Part shown: piece by piece, positions 1 to 10,381 of the stretch
How the letters are laid out: each line of letters starts with the position of its first letter
Numbering within the stretch: the first letter of the stretch is position 1
Source: a virus
Lineage: Duplodnaviria; Caudoviricetes
Virus record (IMG/VR): IMGVR_UViG_3300032282_004188
Location: 1-63,800 of that record
DNA: 63,800 nucleotides
Direction: 5' to 3' (one strand)
Position numbers and translations under genes: made by a program
The notes under the pieces: model-generated
What the model was told of the DNA's origin: nothing
Database searches by the model: none
The model's input: the letters and a program-made list of their open reading frames with translations, nothing else

Positions 1-1
1 C

Positions 2-3000
2 AGCTTTTTCAGGTAAACTTGTCGCCGTTTGATTTGACATAATGTCCTTCATTAAAGCTGAAGATCCATGAGTATATTGAATTCCGCCAATCATCTGAGT
101 ACTTAAGGCGTCTGCAAGTGCATCTACCGAGATATTTCCTCCAGCGTTAATTCCACTGTTGGATGCCATTATATTATCCATATAGAATCTAGTGTCATTT
201 CTCATATTTTGCATGCTGAGCCATGAATGTATCCATGAAGACAAGAACCATTTAGAAGGGTCATTAACCGTAACTAGCGCGTTAGGTGTTACCGTGGTGA
301 CGTATCCCATCTCTGAAGTGAAGTGGTGAACCACTTGTTCTACCTCAAATATTCCATACATTCTATTGTAGACATCAGAAAGATACACTAAGTCATGTGG
401 CCTAATATCTGGATTTCCTATTATAGTTAGTTCTCCACCATAAATATCTTTAATTGATTCCTTTAAATGAGATAGTGCAACTCTTCTTGCCGAAAGTTCA
501 TCTGGAGTTCCCTGTAATGTTTTTGCGTATCCCCTAAATGTTTCCAAAGGGTGCATAAACGGATGAAGTACCCCGAGGAATCCAGAACCAATCATATTGT
601 CATAATATAGTCCCGTTTCAACTGTTGTTTCTGTTTGACGTTCTGATGGTGCGCCTTTGTCTAAAGCTACGGTTACTGGATTTTTTCCATCGGAAACAGC
701 TGTAATAACAGTTGAAACGTTATTTAAATTTTCTTGAATTTGGTTAGATATAATATGAGAAAAAGAACTTAAATAATGTATCCTCTGGAATGGTTGACGA
801 ATTTCCATTACGGGTTCTCCATATTCCCTAGTAAATGGATTGTCTACAGCTCTTAATAAGCTTCCTGGTCTACCAAGCGAATAGTATATAGAGTCATTTA
901 ATACCTTATTCAAAATGTGAGCTTGCTTACTAAAGTTTCCAACTTCGGAAAGTGCATACCCCATTTGCATCATGCTTAATTTGAACATGCCCAATAGCGC
1001 AGACAAGCCATCTCCAATGGCTCCAAGTATTGGTCCTATATTTGAATTGTAGAAGTCTGATACATCTTCATCTATTCCGCCGATAAATGTTGAGGAGTTG
1101 TTGCCTTCTCCTTTAGTAGAAACTAAAAGTTTTAAAAATCTACTATCCTCTTTAGCATATTGGCTATATGGATTAATGAATGCCTCAAATACCTTATCTA
1201 CCGGTTTAAAAGACCATTGTCCATCTTCGCCTCCTCCGCCAGGTGTAATGGCACCGCGCTTTCTATCTGGTTTAAGAACTAACCAAGCTCTACCATACGC
1301 GGAACTCCAAAGCTTTTGCCTGAATAATCCAACCATTAATAAAAATAGTTGATGTGGAGTTTTTATTACTTCTGATAATTTTATTGCAGTTGCTGGATTA
1401 TTTTTATTTTCAATTTCAATTGACAGCGCATTATCAATTACTCCCGTTTCAAAAAAGTTTGACTTAATGCCATCAAGTGATCTAGATATAACACTATTAA
1501 AATACTGTATAATTCCGGCATCACCTTGTATGCCCTTGCTCTGAAAGTCTATATAATTTGCTCTAATAAATTCTACAGCTTTTATTCGTGTCTCTGCGTT
1601 TGTTGTTGCTACACCCTGTCCCCCGAGTTGAGGATTACTTGGACCATTAAAAAAGTCTGAACCTAAAAGAATTGCCAATTCATCTACACCCGTAGCATCT
1701 GCTCTTCCAATTGTGGAAAGACCAGGAACATCTACTTCGCGATCTGAAAAATTACTGAATGGGCTGGCATTGCTGCCACCTAGTATTCGGGAAAACTCCG
1801 CAGGGAAGGGGTCTATGGAATCGGCATCCATGCCATATGTTTTTGTGAATATAGCTTTAACGCTATCATATGTATGGTATCCAAATCTAAATTGATCCCA
1901 AATATCTGATGCCTGATCAAGTGTTCTTCCATTTCCAGCTATTACTGAAACATTAGGGTCGAAATTTTCGTCATAGAAAGATCTAGCTTCAACTGATATG
2001 GAGTCTAGCGACGAATAAACTGCGCCAAAGCCAATTCTTCCGCTACCAGTCTTTTCGTCTCCCGTAGTATAAAGCTCAGCGTCGAGACGTTCATACAACT
2101 TACCCCTATCTAAGGCGTCATAATTTGCATCGATAACCGCTTTAAAGTATCCTGGATCGTCTCCACTTTTTATAACATTTCCGGCGTATTCATAATTTGG
2201 AATAGATACCATTGAATTTGATGCAACGTATTCTTCTATGGATGAAATATTTTTATCTAAATATCTTTCTGCGCTATCTGCGGACATGCCACCCGGCGCT
2301 TCAATGATCGCCTTTGAGGCGATAAATTTATTACTGTCTCCATTATCATTGATGGCGTAGTTCCCAAAGCCTATAATGTATGCCCTGGAGTCATTACTGT
2401 CGTAAAATCTTTTTGCTGGCGCCGCCTCTGATGATACTACTCCTAACGGAGTGTCATCAGGGACAAAACCAAAAAAACAATCAACGTCTCGGGGAAAGGA
2501 GCTTAATGCAGTTTCTTTTTCTATTTTTTTTAGAATAGAATTGTCAAGTCCTATGCCATCATATAACGACAAATTTGCCCATGCTGGCAAAGAATCTGCC
2601 AACTGGCTACCATCAATGGCTATTTTATCATCTATGGTAGAGACAAAAGTACCCAGATACCATGCTGCGTCAGGGGATACGACCGCTGCAACGTCGTCTT
2701 CATTATTTTCTCCCCACATAAAATACGCAGGGGCGCAAACAACTGCTCTTCCGGTTAATGGACTAAATACGAGTACTTTTCTTTTTTTATAATCACTTAC
2801 CGTTCCACTTAATGATGTATCAGGGTCTGGAAAATAAATATTTTTAAATTTAGCTAACGATGTTTCCGAAATGGAAGGTAGGTAGGGCCATCTCATTGCT
2901 ATGTAGAACTGCTCTTCCACGGCAGTGGTGGGACATCCCCATTCATCATATGAAATTTGATCAGTTAATTCATATTCAAAACTAAAATCATCTACGTTTT

Positions 3001-6000
3001 CTGGCAACTGAGCTGTAACACTATTGACCGCGGCAAAACCTATTGTTGAAAATTGATCTTTTTGAGGATTGGAAACTGATGGTAAGGGCATTCTGGCAAT
3101 AGTCGTTTGAGCTAGTCCTAAAAGACCTGTCCCAGAAGATTGAATCGTGTCCATAAAACTAGTAAAACCTAAGGGTCTATCCAATTCCAGTATACCAGAA
3201 CTAGGCTTTAAGGTTATTTTTGTTTCATTTAAAAACTCTGCCTCTAATTGAAGGAAATATATAAGATTAGCCGATAATAAAGCTCCACCTTGTGAGAAAG
3301 AATTTAACTGAGCTTCTTTAATTCTTTTATCTAGATTTTGTTTTTTTGATAGATTTGACAACTGCGATTCGTTACTATCTCCATCGTCAAAATGGTCCAC
3401 AATTCTAGCAGCGGGGGCAAAAGGATTTATAGATCCTTGAAAAAAATCAATGATCCCCGATGCTGTTGATCTTTGATCTCCTGCAATATCATTTAAGTAC
3501 TTACCAAATAATCCACCATCTCTAACTTCATAAGATTTTTTATCAAGAACTGTAGTTTCTGATATTGTATAATATGGATATTTAAATCTTGGAGGAAGAT
3601 TATCTAACTGTCTATGATCATAACTTGGAGTGAGAGTAGCGTAGGTTGTGGGCTCAGGGCTGACTGGTAAGTGAAAACCCATTTTAACTTTACCAATACT
3701 AACGGGGAGTTTAGAAACAATAATTTCATTTCCATCTTTATCTTTACTGGTTCTAGTTGTTGCTAAATTTGAATCAAAATTTAATAATTTTCCTGCTAAT
3801 TTTTGCGTTGGCGCGTATACCCCTTTTGATGATGCTTGATCCTGTGCCAATCCAGCCATAACATCACTAAGTTCTTCGGATCTTTTAAATGCTTCATAAT
3901 CTGCTAACGAGTTTGACTGTTTATTAACATTATTCATAATCGTTTGAATATCTTCATTGGGACTTCTATACTTAGGATATCCTTGCAGTTGTAATTCATT
4001 TGCTTTTTTTACACTTGGAAAACCTGTGGTTATTGGAATTACGCCAGAAGTATATAACCAATGTGGTTTTCCGTAAAAAATAGTAGACCTATCTTCAAAG
4101 GGTCTTACTGCTACAATATAATTGGGCAGTAGTCTTGCACATATCTGAAAAAGATCCCATACAGTTCTCATATATGTTTGTGCCCGGAAAGATACTTCAT
4201 CAAATCCGCTTAAATCATCATCAGCGTTTGGCGCTATGATTCCCATTGTCCGGAATACGTTATTTCCCCCTCTTCCACTTAGTAGGCCCGTAAGTGCCGC
4301 TCCTCCCGCCAATCCCGCAATAACATTAACTCCAGGTATCGCGGCAATTCCGGCTGTTACCCCTCCCATTAAAACGTTTTTTACAGCCCCTGCTCTTCCT
4401 TCAGCTGAAACCAGTTTATTATCTTCGACATAAGAATCTATTGTATTACTAGATGACACTGAACCATTTTGCGCCTCTACTATTAGCCTGTTCCATGATC
4501 TATCCGTTCCATTTTCCAGATATTGTTGTCCTGCTAAGACTTTTCCATCATCCTTGACCATAGAAGAAGCGGTTAACCAGCCATCGTCCAAGTCTCCACC
4601 TAAGAACTGCGCAAATCCTGTTCCATTTCCAGGGTAAATATTTCTTTTATATAGTTCTAAATCAACTTCTGAACAAAAATTAGACATTAGCTGACCCATG
4701 CTAGTCATGATATTTCCGTTTCCGAAAAATGCATTAACGGGGTTTCTTTGAAAAATATTTGTTGATAATTTAAACGTAGCAGCATTTGCGGTTCCGCCTA
4801 TATCTCCCTGACCCGCGTTTGCGTAAGCGTTGGTAACAACATTCCTTAGTCCATCAGCTCTTTGTTTTTCAACCTCATTAAGAGGTTCGTATAGAATGGT
4901 GCCAAAATGTCTAATGCCAAATCTATTTTCGGAAAATACAGTTCCAAGAGTTGACCTTGCTATAGCCTCACGAACCCTAGAAGCTCCCATGCTCAGTAGT
5001 CTGACCATTAAATCTCTTGGCTCAGAAAGATACATTCCAGTATCTACTCCACCATCTATTTTTCCCGAATCGCCTTTTTTATTTGTTGAGTTTACAATGG
5101 CTCCAAGTTCAATAGCGTCAGACTGTGCCGTGACCGTAACTATCTCCCCCTCTTCAACATTTGTTATTACCCCATTAAATAATGTTTGCAGTGAGTTTGG
5201 ATTAGAGCCATACCCACCTCTTAAGTGAACTCTAACTCCGGGCTTTAATCTAATATTATTAATGTCTACTACATAATCATTTCTCATTCCTGAGACAATA
5301 TTTTTAGCTATATTTAAGGTGCGATCTAAAATGGCACTAATTCCATCCGTAGAGTTTAAAGGGTCAGAATTAAAGTCGTCATTGCGTGCGTTAAATATGT
5401 CTGTAGATGGGCGCGTCGTTAATTTAGAGTACATATTTGAAACTCTTAGTATTAGAGTGTCTCCCAGTAAGTCCTCAGATGATACAACTGAAAAATCTAT
5501 AACAGACTGAAGTCCATAGAAATTATCAAATAACTTGACTCCTGCAAACATTCCTCCTTCATCTATTAGCCACAGCATATAGGTTGGAAATGCTCTGAGC
5601 ATTCGTCCAGATATATCCCTATACTGAACGTCATTGAGCATTTTTTCTATATGGTTATTAAATGATCCATCATAAGCTTTTTGATATGATGAAAGTGGTT
5701 GAGCGCCACTAATTCCAGTAAGGGAATTTTTACATCCTGTATCTGGAGTTTGCGTGTCTACTGTATGATTACTTGCTAGTTTTTTAGCTCCGTCACTTTC
5801 GACTTTAACATTACTACCCTCTATTGTCAGGTAAAATCTTCCAGTATCTTTATTAATGTAACCAAAATGTGTACCGAGGGCACTGTACATGATTGCCGGT
5901 ATTTCATTTGGCTGATCTTTTTCCGGGTTAGTCAGCGGCATAAGGTTAATAATTTTATGGAATTCTACCTCGTCTGGATTAAAACTAACAAATTCTTCTT

Positions 6001-9000
6001 CTGCCAAATGGGACGTAGCTAACACCTGCTTAATTATGTCTTCTGTTTGGGCACTTGTTATTCCTATGTTGCCTATAACATATGGTGATCCATTGATTTC
6101 TTCAAAAAATTGTTTATCTTCAGAAGATTGTGAAGCTAAAAATATATAATCAGTTAAGAGCGCGCGCTTTGAATTGTTATTAATGGTGTCATTATCATTT
6201 TCTTTTATGATTTGTTGAAAAATATAAACAAAATTATGGATACTAATTCCAGTTGAGTTTACATAATCTATTAGTTCGTTAATTAAATCTTCATTTTTTT
6301 GTCGTCTAGATTCAATGGCAACTGGGTTTGCTGCGTCAGTAAAAGAATATCTTCTAATAAAATTTATAGTACTATTTTTTACCGACTGAAGCCTACTTTC
6401 CAGGGAATCTACTGATCCCTGCGCCCATTCATCTGCACTGTCGAAAGTAAAACCCTTGGTTAGATCCATTTGGATTGTTGTATTATTTATAATGTCACGA
6501 TCAAACATTTCAAAACTTCTAAAATAGAAATCTGGATCCATATTGCCAACAATATCTCCGTTAACATCCTTTATTCCCAGTGGCAAATCTGGATATGCAT
6601 TGAAGGATCCCCACAACTGCTTTATTCTTAGAAATGGATTTCTTTTTGTACCAAAATGTTCAATTAATTCTTTTTGTTGCTTTGAGGATATTTTCTCTCT
6701 TTGCTGTTGGAATATATCAAAGTCAACTAGGCTTAATTGTACGGAGTAAACGTGTGGATAATTCGGTATTGTATCAACCTTATAATTAAGCGGTAAGACA
6801 TATTTAATACCAGATAGCGCAGTTATAATGTTTTTAATTCCAAGGAATCCTATAACGCCAGTAGAATGCTCCAATCTTGCTAGCGCATTCACATGGTCAA
6901 ATACAGATTTAATTTTTAATAATTCTTTTTCACCAAAAACTGTCATAGATACATTAATATAACTATCTTTTCCGCCAATATATTGATAGCTTGGCTCATC
7001 TTGCATCTGGATTTGCAACTTAGCTAGATTGTTTCCCATTGATACGCTAACGCCGTTAACTATAGCGTTTTTTGGATCTAAATCTATTCGATTCATTGGG
7101 ACTTCCCACTCGTTAAAGTGATAATCTCCATCTCTTAATCTGACGGCGTCCATCATATCCTTAACAAATCCGTCAGAAAAAAATCTCTCATACATGTTTA
7201 CTTGAAAAGCGTCAGTGACCTGTTGTTTAATTTTTTCCCTATCTGGTTCTATTCCAGCGCTTTTAGTTTGTCTAATGAATTCTTCATCAATTAATTTTTC
7301 TAATATAGTTCCAGATTGCTTAGATCTTTCATAAAGTCTCATCTTAATTTCATTCAAACTTAAATCACTTACAAGTACATCATCTAGAAAATAAGATTCG
7401 TTAGTACTGGAGTATTGAGAAAAATATCCTGCTGTTTTACGACTTTCTTCATCGCTTGCATAATTTAAAAACCAATTTACTTGTTCATTATCTAATCTTA
7501 TTTTATTGGCATTTACGAAAGAGGTTGCTAAGTAAAGATAAACTTTTTCTCTTTCGTCAGAAGTAGATATGCCTGCGGTGAGGATATCAATTGCTTGTCT
7601 AATAAATGATTTTGTAGAATTTGAAAAAGTATTTTCCGTAGCCATTGATTTAACTTTATCAATGTCTTTGATCAGAGGAGTATTGACAGAGCGCTCTATA
7701 CCAAAGGAAGTCAGCAGCCTATCCCATAGCCCAGTTGCTGTATCGTTTAATATTTTCTCTTGATCACTTCTAAATGAAGTATTATCTGGTAGAAATATTT
7801 TTGTCTGCGTTTCAGCTGGGGTAAATAAAGTTATGTTACTTCCATCTCTCCATTGAGAAATTATATTAGTTGACATAACGTCATTGTTAAACGAATTAAA
7901 ATACGTGAGTTGCGTATCCTCTGGAAGCACGTCTAAGTTAAAGTTTTCAGATAGAGCTTCAATCCCCGCCGCTGTTTGTTCCTGCATATTTACAACGGTG
8001 TCTACCGTTTTATTATCTGAAGTTTTAAGTAGGAAACTTTCATTCACATACTTATGCATTTCTCCCGCTGCTTTGCCCATGTATTGGCGATATTTACCCC
8101 AATGTATTGCTTGATTGAAATCTTTAAGCATTGGGAGAAACGGTTTATGATTAAAGTGCACCATTTCCAAATCGATAACAAGGGCAAATGGGTAATTTGG
8201 AACTGTCGATATAGACATATTCGAGAGTCCAACAGCAGAGATTCCATGTGCAGAATTAAGATAACTGTTTTTAATTGGGAGGATTGGAGAGTATTTGAAC
8301 GCTGCGACTAAACCTCTCAGAGATGAGAGAAATTTATCTATTTTTTGTTCGTCATCTCCACCATTTTTAAAATCAATTGTAAAACTGTTATTTAGATTAA
8401 TCGATGCGGCATCTTCTATGGACAGCCCCCATATTTCTTCATAATTCGGGAAAAATAATCGCATGGATATTGTAGTTTCTTTATATCCCGTATTGAACTT
8501 GGGCGTATTTTTTTGCCTGATTGCCCCGCCTGTTAATGATCCAGTTTTAAAGTTAGAATTTACACTAATTGAAACCGGAGGAACATAGAAATTAGCGGCT
8601 CCCAACCTAAGATGAAAAATATCTGGTTTTCTGGGAGGAATATTCTCCCTAAAAGGAAAGTCAATAATAGCCTGCTTAATTCGCTGTGCCGTATTTTGTA
8701 CTTTAAAGGCTAATGTAAATATTGCCTGGCCACCTTTAGTAACTCCAAAGGCTTTTTCTAGTGAGTCAATTGCATCGGCTTCATTATTTAGGGTATCTTC
8801 CATTCCACCGCCTTGGCCGTCATTAGAGTAATCACCCACCGCTGCTAATGCGTCGAAAAGAAATATAACTAAACTTGGGAAATAAAAATTTATAATAGAA
8901 AATGCAATTGGATCTTTTTGAAGATTGTAAACTACTTCACTTAATATTGTTAACCAAGGCGTATCAACTTCTGGAACGATATAATCATTCATGGAATTTT

Positions 9001-9916
9001 TAACTGTTGCAACGCTTTGCAACCTTTTCTTTGCAAACTCGCTAATTTCATATGCGAATGATGCTAACTGCAGTAGTCCGCTTGCCTCTAACTTCGCATA
9101 GACAGATTTAGATGTTGTAATATCTAATTGTATAGAACCAAGAGCGCCTAATCCAAAAACTCTACTAGTTACCCCTTTTGATATATCATTAGCTGTGTAA
9201 TTTACTCCCCTTGTTGACAAGAAGTATTTATCTATTGCCCCATTAATATCGTTAAGTTCATTTATCGGATCACTACCATATACGTTGTTTAAAAATATTC
9301 TAAACTCCGTTAGATAATCTTTGGAATTTTCATCTTGTGTATTGTTATCTTCTAGTTCTTTATCTTTTTCTGTTGTATTAATTACTTCATTTGTTTCAAT
9401 TGCTGCCAGGTCTTCATCAGTTATTCCGTTTTCGCCTATGTAACTTTTCCAGATATTAAGCCTGTCAATAATAATTGACTTAGCTGTTTGCATTGTGATT
9501 TTTTTTGGAAAATTGTTAGGTAAGTAGGCGTAAAAAAACCAACTTAGTGCTTCTTCTATTTTTGGAACATTTATCGTAGCGTATCCGAAATTAACTGCCC
9601 ATGCCTGAAATGTTTCAAGTACAAATAATGAATTTGAATCTTTATCTAAAACTTCGCAGTTTGCCAAACGAAGCATTGACAAATACGCGTACTGGTCGCC
9701 TGTACTTTTGAAGTCATCATCGATTGCATAAATAAGGGCTTTTCCACCTTGATTATTATCATGACCAATTATATCCGGGTAAGATCCTGGCAAAATTAAG
9801 AACGAGTACATCTCGTTTTCATTGAAACCCGTAATATCTTCAATTATTGAATTAATACGATCTTCATTTTCAGATAGATACTTTAAGAGATCTTTTGCTA
9901 TTGGATTAATTGCCAT
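2..9916 (-). CDS. Giant virion protein, >=3305 aa, 3'-truncated by window edge; baseplate hub / late-control-D-like
   Basis: Not in ORF track (no stop inside window). ATG at 9916 with AGGAAAG RBS gives MAINPIAKDLLKYLSENEDRIN... Frame spot-checked open at ~5287, ~2896 and the left edge (...ALMKDIMSNQTATSLPEKA). Hub-like segments RLKPGVRVHLRGGYGSNP...FNGVITNVEEGEIVTVTAQSD and GELTIIGNPDIRPHDLVYLSDVYNRMYGIFEVEQVVHHF. Lies downstream of the tape-measure-like gene. Confidence 0.75.
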   Translation of the reverse strand, partial: MAINPIAKDLLKYLSENEDRINSIIEDITGFNENEMYSFLILPGSYPDIIGHDNNQGGKALIYAIDDDFKSTGDQYAYLSMLRLANCEVLDKDSNSLFVLETFQAWAVNFGYATINVPKIEEALSWFFYAYLPNNFPKKITMQTAKSIIIDRLNIWKSYIGENGITDEDLAAIETNEVINTTEKDKELEDNNTQDENSKDYLTEFRIFLNNVYGSDPINELNDINGAIDKYFLSTRGVNYTANDISKGVTSRVFGLGALGSIQLDITTSKSVYAKLEASGLLQLASFAYEISEFAKKRLQSVATVKNSMNDYIVPEVDTPWLTILSEVVYNLQKDPIAFSIINFYFPSLVIFLFDALAAVGDYSNDGQGGGMEDTLNNEADAIDSLEKAFGVTKGGQAIFTLAFKVQNTAQRIKQAIIDFPFRENIPPRKPDIFHLRLGAANFYVPPVSISVNSNFKTGSLTGGAIRQKNTPKFNTGYKETTISMRLFFPNYEEIWGLSIEDAASINLNNSFTIDFKNGGDDEQKIDKFLSSLRGLVAAFKYSPILPIKNSYLNSAHGISAVGLSNMSISTVPNYPFALVIDLEMVHFNHKPFLPMLKDFNQAIHWGKYRQYMGKAAGEMHKYVNESFLLKTSDNKTVDTVVNMQEQTAAGIEALSENFNLDVLPEDTQLTYFNSFNNDVMSTNIISQWRDGSNITLFTPAETQTKIFLPDNTSFRSDQEKILNDTATGLWDRLLTSFGIERSVNTPLIKDIDKVKSMATENTFSNSTKSFIRQAIDILTAGISTSDEREKVYLYLATSFVNANKIRLDNEQVNWFLNYASDEESRKTAGYFSQYSSTNESYFLDDVLVSDLSLNEIKMRLYERSKQSGTILEKLIDEEFIRQTKSAGIEPDREKIKQQVTDAFQVNMYERFFSDGFVKDMMDAVRLRDGDYHFNEWEVPMNRIDLDPKNAIVNGVSVSMGNNLAKLQIQMQDEPSYQYIGGKDSYINVSMTVFGEKELLKIKSVFDHVNALARLEHSTGVIGFLGIKNIITALSGIKYVLPLNYKVDTIPNYPHVYSVQLSLVDFDIFQQQREKISSKQQKELIEHFGTKRNPFLRIKQLWGSFNAYPDLPLGIKDVNGDIVGNMDPDFYFRSFEMFDRDIINNTTIQMDLTKGFTFDSADEWAQGSVDSLESRLQSVKNSTINFIRRYSFTDAANPVAIESRRQKNEDLINELIDYVNSTGISIHNFVYIFQQIIKENDNDTINNNSKRALLTDYIFLASQSSEDKQFFEEINGSPYVIGNIGITSAQTEDIIKQVLATSHLAEEEFVSFNPDEVEFHKIINLMPLTNPEKDQPNEIPAIMYSALGTHFGYINKDTGRFYLTIEGSNVKVESDGAKKLASNHTVDTQTPDTGCKNSLTGISGAQPLSSYQKAYDGSFNNHIEKMLNDVQYRDISGRMLRAFPTYMLWLIDEGGMFAGVKLFDNFYGLQSVIDFSVVSSEDLLGDTLILRVSNMYSKLTTRPSTDIFNARNDDFNSDPLNSTDGISAILDRTLNIAKNIVSGMRNDYVVDINNIRLKPGVRVHLRGGYGSNPNSLQTLFNGVITNVEEGEIVTVTAQSDAIELGAIVNSTNKKGDSGKIDGGVDTGMYLSEPRDLMVRLLSMGASRVREAIARSTLGTVFSENRFGIRHFGTILYEPLNEVEKQRADGLRNVVTNAYANAGQGDIGGTANAATFKLSTNIFQRNPVNAFFGNGNIMTSMGQLMSNFCSEVDLELYKRNIYPGNGTGFAQFLGGDLDDGWLTASSMVKDDGKVLAGQQYLENGTDRSWNRLIVEAQNGSVSSSNTIDSYVEDNKLVSAEGRAGAVKNVLMGGVTAGIAAIPGVNVIAGLAGGAALTGLLSGRGGNNVFRTMGIIAPNADDDLSGFDEVSFRAQTYMRTVWDLFQICARLLPNYIVAVRPFEDRSTIFYGKPHWLYTSGVIPITTGFPSVKKANELQLQGYPKYRSPNEDIQTIMNNVNKQSNSLADYEAFKRSEELSDVMAGLAQDQASSKGVYAPTQKLAGKLLNFDSNLATTRTSKDKDGNEIIVSKLPVSIGKVKMGFHLPVSPEPTTYATLTPSYDHRQLDNLPPRFKYPYYTISETTVLDKKSYEVRDGGLFGKYLNDIAGDQRSTASGIIDFFQGSINPFAPAARIVDHFDDGDSNESQLSNLSKKQNLDKRIKEAQLNSFSQGGALLSANLIYFLQLEAEFLNETKITLKPSSGILELDRPLGFTSFMDTIQSSGTGLLGLAQTTIARMPLPSVSNPQKDQFSTIGFAAVNSVTAQLPENVDDFSFEYELTDQISYDEWGCPTTAVEEQFYIAMRWPYLPSISETSLAKFKNIYFPDPDTSLSGTVSDYKKRKVLVFSPLTGRAVVCAPAYFMWGENNEDDVAAVVSPDAAWYLGTFVSTIDDKIAIDGSQLADSLPAWANLSLYDGIGLDNSILKKIEKETALSSFPRDVDCFFGFVPDDTPLGVVSSEAAPAKRFYDSNDSRAYIIGFGNYAINDNGDSNKFIASKAIIEAPGGMSADSAERYLDKNISSIEEYVASNSMVSIPNYEYAGNVIKSGDDPGYFKAVIDANYDALDRGKLYERLDAELYTTGDEKTGSGRIGFGAVYSSLDSISVEARSFYDENFDPNVSVIAGNGRTLDQASDIWDQFRFGYHTYDSVKAIFTKTYGMDADSIDPFPAEFSRILGGSNASPFSNFSDREVDVPGLSTIGRADATGVDELAILLGSDFFNGPSNPQLGGQGVATTNAETRIKAVEFIRANYIDFQSKGIQGDAGIIQYFNSVISRSLDGIKSNFFETGVIDNALSIEIENKNNPATAIKLSEVIKTPHQLFLLMVGLFRQKLWSSAYGRAWLVLKPDRKRGAITPGGGGEDGQWSFKPVDKVFEAFINPYSQYAKEDSRFLKLLVSTKGEGNNSSTFIGGIDEDVSDFYNSNIGPILGAIGDGLSALLGMFKLSMMQMGYALSEVGNFSKQAHILNKVLNDSIYYSLGRPGSLLRAVDNPFTREYGEPVMEIRQPFQRIHYLSSFSHIISNQIQENLNNVSTVITAVSDGKNPVTVALDKGAPSERQTETTVETGLYYDNMIGSGFLGVLHPFMHPLETFRGYAKTLQGTPDELSARRVALSHLKESIKDIYGGELTIIGNPDIRPHDLVYLSDVYNRMYGIFEVEQVVHHFTSEMGYVTTVTPNALVTVNDPSKWFLSSWIHSWLSMQNMRNDTRFYMDNIMASNSGINAGGNISVDALADALSTQMIGGIQYTHGSSALMKDIMSNQTATSLPEKA

Positions 9917-9925
9917 TGGACTTTC

Positions 9926-10375
9926 CTATTTAAACATCATATTGTTACGAACAATAGTTCTAAGTCTATCACTTGAAGAATCTTTCATGGTAACAGAAGT
10001 ATAGTTATTCATTATACTAGACTTTGTTTCTTTTTTGAAGGAATCTAAGGTAAAATTTTGCTTTTTTGTTTGCAGGTCTTTATTATATCTAGCTTGCTGG
10101 TGTCTTTTACCACTGTATCCGCTGCCATTCATCTCAAGACGGGTAGTCGGAGCGTCATCTAAACCTTCTTTGGAGTATTTGACCTTATCGGACTTTCCTG
10201 ATGCTTGTATCTTTTGACGCGATTCACTGACTACATTTTGGGTTGGACTTTTACTGGAAGCTATCTTTGCTGCGTATTTGTTTGCCGTTAAGGATCTATG
10301 AGATGTATCTTTGGGCTGTTTTGCAGCAGCGCTTAATGCCTTGTTTTGGTCCTTGACATTTAAAATCATATACAT
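9926..10375 (-). CDS. Hypothetical basic Lys/Ser-rich protein (149 aa)
   Basis: ORF fills the gap between two giant genes; AAGG upstream; no recognisable motif. Confidence 0.7.
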   Translation of the reverse strand: MYMILNVKDQNKALSAAAKQPKDTSHRSLTANKYAAKIASSKSPTQNVVSESRQKIQASGKSDKVKYSKEGLDDAPTTRLEMNGSGYSGKRHQQARYNKDLQTKKQNFTLDSFKKETKSSIMNNYTSVTMKDSSSDRLRTIVRNNMMFK

Positions 10376-10381
10376 TTAACC

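Noticed and set aside
8044-8247. Short minus-strand ORF (67 aa)
   Set aside because: Out-of-frame overlap inside the giant hub ORF; no support.
1-9925. Apparent ORF desert suggesting stop-codon recoding or non-coding DNA
   Set aside because: Explained by one standard-code ORF running off the window; TAA, TAG and TGA all end genes normally elsewhere.
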